Assembly (NCBI GenBank): GCA_964423385.1
Contig: CAYRER010000004.1
Location: 1 to 35,211 of the forward strand
From: an uncultured Candidatus Saccharibacteria bacterium
Lineage (GTDB): Bacteria > Patescibacteriota > Minisyncoccia > Phycocordibacterales > UBA918
DNA length: 35,211 nucleotides
Direction: 5' to 3'
Shown here piece by piece: positions 31,563 to 35,211 of this stretch. The first letter of the stretch is position 1. Every line of letters begins with the position of its first letter. A program made the translations under genes and the position numbers. The notes under the pieces are model-generated. The model had not been told where the DNA came from. It searched no databases and saw only the letters and a program-made list of their open reading frames with translations.

Positions 31563-31673
31563 ATGCCAGCAAAGAAAAAGGCAGCAAAGAAGACAGCAAA
31601 GCGCAAGGCGCCTGCTAAGAGGAAGGCTGCTAAGAAGACCGCAAAGCGCAAGACCGCAAAGCGCAAGAAGTAA
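31563..31673 (+). CDS. Small Lys/Ala/Arg-rich basic protein (36 aa), histone H1-like / nucleoid-associated type
   Basis: Not in the supplied ORF track. ATG at 31563 and TAA at 31671. Translation: MPAKKKAAKKTAKRKAPAKRKAAKKTAKRKTAKRKK. A strong intrinsic terminator follows. The antisense 94-aa track ORF (FAVLRFAV...) looks like its shadow. Confidence 0.55.
   Translation: MPAKKKAAKKTAKRKAPAKRKAAKKTAKRKTAKRKK
31636..31665 (+). repeat. Perfect tandem duplication of a 15-nt unit (agaccgcaaagcgca) inside the small basic ORF
   Basis: 31636-31650 equals 31651-31665. A third copy with one mismatch lies at 31591-31605 (agacagcaaagcgca). The unit encodes the repeated TAKRK segment. Confidence 0.9.
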
Positions 31674-31708
31674 ATCTTCGAAAGCGCCGTGTCTTCTGAC
31701 ACAGCACG

Positions 31709-31734
31709 AAAAACTCCCCGAAAGGGGAGTTTTT
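31709..31734 (+). terminator. Rho-independent terminator
   Basis: aaaaactcccc / gaaa / ggggagttttt. A GC stem with a GAAA tetraloop is followed by five T. Confidence 0.8.
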
Positions 31735-31826
31735 CGTATGACTCTCTGCTGTGCCCGTTTCGTGGTATGCTAGTCAGACTGCGGCTCGGGGAAGCGAAAA
31801 AACGGCCCAGAATCAACATCTAATCC

Positions 31827-34355
31827 ATGTCATTTCTCGACAGATTTTTTGGTCCAACATACGAGCGCGAGCTCAAGGAAATTCGGCCGATTGTTGACGT
31901 TATAAACGGCCTCGAGGAGAGCGTTGCGAGCATCTCGAACGACGAACTCCGCGCGAAGTCAGACGCCCTCCGCGCGCGCGTCGAGCAGGGTGAGTCTCTC
32001 GATGCCGTCCTCCCCGAAGCGTTTGCGCTCGTCCGTGAATCGGCGAAGCGTACCCTCGGCCAGCGCCACTACGACGTCCAGCTCATCGGCGGTATCATCC
32101 TCCACCGCGGAAAGATTACCGAGATGCGCACCGGTGAAGGTAAGACTCTCGTCGGAACGTTGCCCGCGTACCTCAATGCGCTCACCGGAAAAGGCGTGCA
32201 CGTCGTTACCGTGAACGACTACCTCGCACGCCGCGACGCCGTGTGGATGGGGCAGGTGTACGCGCTCCTCGGTCTCTCTGTCGGCGTCATAAACCAGAGC
32301 GGCTCATACCGGTACGATCCGGCCCACACCGAAGCGGATACCGCCCGCGACGCGGAAGGTTCCTTCAAGGTTGTGTACGAGTTTCTCCGTCCGTGCGCGC
32401 GCAAGGAGGCCTACGATGCCGACATCACGTACGGTACAAACAACGAGTTCGGCTTTGACTACCTCCGCGACAACATCGAGTTTGAGCGCGCAAACATCCG
32501 CCAGCGCGAACACGCGTACGCCATCATCGACGAGGTCGACTCGATTCTCATTGACGAGGCACGCACCCCCTTAATCATCTCCGCGCCTGCGCAGGACTCG
32601 GAGAATCTGTACGAGCTCTTTGCAGGTATTGCCGAGAAGCTCTCGCCGGAGACCGACTACACCATTGACGAGAAGCTCCGGAGCGCAACGCTGACCGACC
32701 ACGGCATCGAGACCGCAGAGAAGCTTCTCGGCATCGAAAACATCTACACCGACCGCGGCATCAAGTACGTCCACCACCTCGAGACTGCTGTTCGCGCAAA
32801 GGCGCTCTACAAGCGCGACAAGGAGTACGTCGTCCGCGACAGCGAGGTGGTCATCGTCGACGAGTTCACCGGCCGGCTTCAGCCGGGCAGGCGGTGGTCG
32901 GATGGTCTCCACCAGGCCATCGAGGCGAAGGAGGGGGTCACTATTCAGCGCGAGTCGCGCACGTACGCGTCTATTACGTTCCAGAACTACTTCCGTATGT
33001 ACGAGAAGCTCTCCGGTATGACGGGTACTGCGCTCACCTCGCAGGAAGAGTTCTACTCGGTGTATAAGCTCGACGTCATTCCGGTTCCGACACACCGACC
33101 GATTGCACGCATTGACCACGACGATTTCATATTCCAGAACGAACGCGGGAAGACAGCCGCCATCCTCCGCAAGGTCAAGGAAGTGCACGCGAAGGGTCAG
33201 CCCCTCCTTATCGGAACGGCATCAATCGACAAGAACGAGCTCCTCTCCGCCGCACTCACGACGGCGGGCATTCCCCACGAGATGCTCAATGCCAAAAACC
33301 ATGAGCGTGAGGGAGAAATCATCGCCGAGGCGGGGAAGAAGGGGAAGGTGACCCTCGCGACCAACATGGCGGGACGCGGCGTCGACATCAAGCTCGGCGG
33401 GACCCACGCAACGCCGGAGGAAGCTGACGAGATACGCGCGCTCGGCGGACTCTTCGTCCTTGGCACTGAGCGGCACGAGGCGCGGCGTATCGACAACCAG
33501 CTCCGCGGCCGCTCCGGCCGCCAGGGCGACCCGGGTGAGACCCAGTTCTACGTCTCAATGGACGACTCTCTCATGCGCATCTTCGCGAGCGACACGGTGA
33601 AGAACATGATGGGACGGTTCGGTATTCCCGAGGACGAACCCATTCAGAACGGCATGATTACCCGCTCCCTGGAGTCTGCACAGAAGAAGATTGAGGGGTT
33701 CCACTTCGACTCCCGAAAGCACGTTCTCGCGTACGACGATGTCTTAAACCAGCAGCGCCAGATTATCTACGCGAAGCGCCGGAAGCTCCTCCTCGGGAAC
33801 GTCGATGACGTTCGGGAGCTCGCCGCAGAGATTGTGGCGTTCCTTCCCGATACCGGGGTAGTCATGGAGGCCCGACTCCGCGAGTTTGGCGACGAGGCGT
33901 GGTACGAGGTTCTCCGGAAGCTCATGCTCCAGGTGAACGATACGCTCTGGGTGGAGCACCTCGAGGTGATGCAACATACGCGCTCGGTCGTGTCGCTCCG
34001 CGCGTACGGCCAGCAGGATCCGCTCATCGAGTACCGGAAGGAGGCAATCCGGCTCTTCCGGGAAATGCAGGAGGCCGCGCTTCACCGCATCGCGGAGCTC
34101 ATCCCGAACGTCCGACCCGAGGCAGTCATCCGCGAGGAAGAGGAGCAGAAGAAACTCCAGGAAAAGCTCATGCGTGCGGGCGGGGCAACCGACACCGAGA
34201 AGGCGCCGGCAGGGAAGCAGGAACCAATGCGGCGAGAGGAAAAACACGGCAGAAACGAGCTCGTCACCATCACCGACGGCATGGTGACTGAAACGGTAAA
34301 GTATAAGAAGGCAGAAGCACGTCTCGCCTCCGGCGTCTGGAAAATTGTCCCGTAA
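31827..34355 (+). CDS. secA: Preprotein translocase ATPase SecA
   Basis: MSFLDRFFGPTYERELK..., GKITEMRTGEGKTLV (Walker A), AIIDEVDSILIDEARTPLIIS (DEAD-like box), TNMAGRGVDIKLGG and RIDNQLRGRSGRQGDPG are present. The protein is 842 aa. Confidence 0.97.
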   Translation: MSFLDRFFGPTYERELKEIRPIVDVINGLEESVASISNDELRAKSDALRARVEQGESLDAVLPEAFALVRESAKRTLGQRHYDVQLIGGIILHRGKITEMRTGEGKTLVGTLPAYLNALTGKGVHVVTVNDYLARRDAVWMGQVYALLGLSVGVINQSGSYRYDPAHTEADTARDAEGSFKVVYEFLRPCARKEAYDADITYGTNNEFGFDYLRDNIEFERANIRQREHAYAIIDEVDSILIDEARTPLIISAPAQDSENLYELFAGIAEKLSPETDYTIDEKLRSATLTDHGIETAEKLLGIENIYTDRGIKYVHHLETAVRAKALYKRDKEYVVRDSEVVIVDEFTGRLQPGRRWSDGLHQAIEAKEGVTIQRESRTYASITFQNYFRMYEKLSGMTGTALTSQEEFYSVYKLDVIPVPTHRPIARIDHDDFIFQNERGKTAAILRKVKEVHAKGQPLLIGTASIDKNELLSAALTTAGIPHEMLNAKNHEREGEIIAEAGKKGKVTLATNMAGRGVDIKLGGTHATPEEADEIRALGGLFVLGTERHEARRIDNQLRGRSGRQGDPGETQFYVSMDDSLMRIFASDTVKNMMGRFGIPEDEPIQNGMITRSLESAQKKIEGFHFDSRKHVLAYDDVLNQQRQIIYAKRRKLLLGNVDDVRELAAEIVAFLPDTGVVMEARLREFGDEAWYEVLRKLMLQVNDTLWVEHLEVMQHTRSVVSLRAYGQQDPLIEYRKEAIRLFREMQEAALHRIAELIPNVRPEAVIREEEEQKKLQEKLMRAGGATDTEKAPAGKQEPMRREEKHGRNELVTITDGMVTETVKYKKAEARLASGVWKIVP

Positions 34356-34372
34356 ATCCACGCGTCTATTCT

Positions 34373-34422
34373 GAACCCCGGTCACGTATATTCGATACAG
34401 CCAATACACGTGACCGGGGTTT
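34373..34422 (+). terminator. 14-bp perfect stem with a 20-nt loop and a short T-run after secA
   Basis: aaccccggtcacgt (34373-34386) pairs with acgtgaccggggtt (34407-34420), followed by tt. Confidence 0.45.
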
Positions 34423-34458
34423 TGCGTGCGTGTCACACACGCTCTGATACACCCAGGG

Positions 34459-34486
34459 AAATCCTTTCGATATATCGAAAGGATTT
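34459..34486. promoter_or_regulatory. Perfect 28-bp palindrome; candidate operator or structured element upstream of the holin-family gene
   Basis: aaatcctttcgata|tatcgaaaggattt is fully self-complementary. Its 3' end lies 56 nt upstream of the ATG at 34543. Confidence 0.4.
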
Positions 34487-34542
34487 TCCAGAGGGGTGAC
34501 ATGTATGTTCAAAATCTCGGAGGGGTATATACTGGAGTGACC

Positions 34543-34878
34543 ATGAAACTGCTCGTCCGGCTCCTCATTACGTCATTCGCGCTCGTCCTTGCGACCTACA
34601 TCGTGCCCGGCATCGCGGTTGATGGTCCGTACACAGCACTCATTGCCGCCCTCGTTCTCGGTATCCTAAACGCTGTTATACGTCCGGTGCTCGTCCTCCT
34701 GACACTTCCAGTCACTATTCTCACGCTCGGACTCTTCATCTTTGTCATCAACGCCAGTCTCTTCCTCTTCGTCGCTTCATTCGTGGACGGCTTCTCCGTG
34801 GACGGATTTCTTCCGGCGCTCCTCGGCTCCATTCTCGTGAGCATCATAAGCGGTATTGCGAACAAGTTTATTGACTAA
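34543..34878 (+). CDS. Phage-holin superfamily IV / DUF360-type small membrane protein (4 TM)
   Basis: MKLLVRLLITSFALVLATYIVPGI...ALVLGILNAVIRPVLVLLTLPVTILTLGLFIFVINA matches this family's characteristic pattern. GGAG lies 5 nt upstream of the ATG at 34543. Confidence 0.75.
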   Translation: MKLLVRLLITSFALVLATYIVPGIAVDGPYTALIAALVLGILNAVIRPVLVLLTLPVTILTLGLFIFVINASLFLFVASFVDGFSVDGFLPALLGSILVSIISGIANKFID

Positions 34879-34880
34879 CT

Positions 34881-35211
34881 ATGGTGCAAAAAGTCACCGC
34901 GTTTGACGTACTCGTGTTTGCGCTCGCGATCTTCCTCGGGTACATGCTCATCTCTCAGCTACCGGCAGAGAAGGTGACTGAGGTTGTCCGGGAGCACCGG
35001 CTCGCCGGGGCGGCCCTCTTTGTGTTTGTCATGTTCGGTACGACCGTCATCGCCCCGCTCGCATCCCTCCCTCTCGTTCCTGTTCTTGCGCCAATCCTCG
35101 GACCATTCACGACCGGCCTCAGCGCCTTCCTCGGGTGGACCGTGGGCGCATTCGTCGCATTCTGGATTGGCAGGCGGTACGGCCGGCCGGTCGCGGGCCG
35201 TTTCGTCAACC
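34881..35211 (+). CDS. TVP38/TMEM64 (DedA-related) family membrane protein, 3'-truncated by the window end
   Basis: Not in the ORF track because no stop lies within the window. My translation from the ATG at 34881 is MVQKVTAFDVLVFALAIFLGYML...PLVPVLAPILGPFTTGLSAFLGWTVGAFVAFWIGRRYGRPVAGRFVN. The G-x-x-x-GA...F-x-I/G-R-x-x-GR segment is typical of this family. Confidence 0.7.
   Translation, partial: MVQKVTAFDVLVFALAIFLGYMLISQLPAEKVTEVVREHRLAGAALFVFVMFGTTVIAPLASLPLVPVLAPILGPFTTGLSAFLGWTVGAFVAFWIGRRYGRPVAGRFVN

Noticed and set aside
31309-31819. Minus-strand track ORFs 31309-31599 (96 aa) and 31535-31819 (94 aa).
   Set aside because: The first spans the AT-rich non-coding island and the 3' end of murB. 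The second is the antisense image of the Lys-rich micro-ORF, reading as repetitive FAVLRFAV text, and it runs through the strong plus-strand terminator.

Overview
The window is GC-rich, very compact bacterial DNA using the standard code (TGA and TAA both act as stops). No rRNA, tRNA, CRISPR array, transposase or integrase is visible. Positions 90-30239 form one large cell-surface glycan biosynthesis island. Its parts are:
- Glycosyltransferases: three GT4, one GT9 heptosyltransferase-family, one GT2 polyprenyl-phosphate type, and two unclassified GT-B-like proteins.
- Export and assembly: a Wzx flippase, a Wzy_C/O-antigen-ligase-like protein with a TPR tail, and a GT-C-like membrane protein.
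- Sugar-precursor enzymes: GmhA, a heptose-7-P kinase, a KdsB-like CMP-Kdo synthetase, and a short UDP-glucose-dehydrogenase-like protein.
- Modification: seven methyltransferase domains, a YdjC-type deacetylase, a fused ATP sulfurylase/APS kinase (PAPS synthesis), an Ldh_2 dehydrogenase and an IMPase-family phosphatase.

The 3' end of the window is housekeeping: murB, a tiny Lys/Ala/Arg-rich histone-like ORF, secA, a holin-superfamily-IV-type membrane protein, and a partial TVP38/DedA-type gene.

The most interesting reading is a non-LPS glycoconjugate pathway that uses LPS-inner-core type sugars (heptose and Kdo), is heavily methylated and possibly sulfated, and includes several orphan proteins. 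The genomic context looks Patescibacteria/CPR-like, but that is inference.

Other points worth a look are an AT-rich island with an inverted pair of DnaA-box consensus sequences, a 28-bp perfect palindrome, and a poly-C contig-end artefact.

All family calls come from motif recognition by eye; no database search was run.
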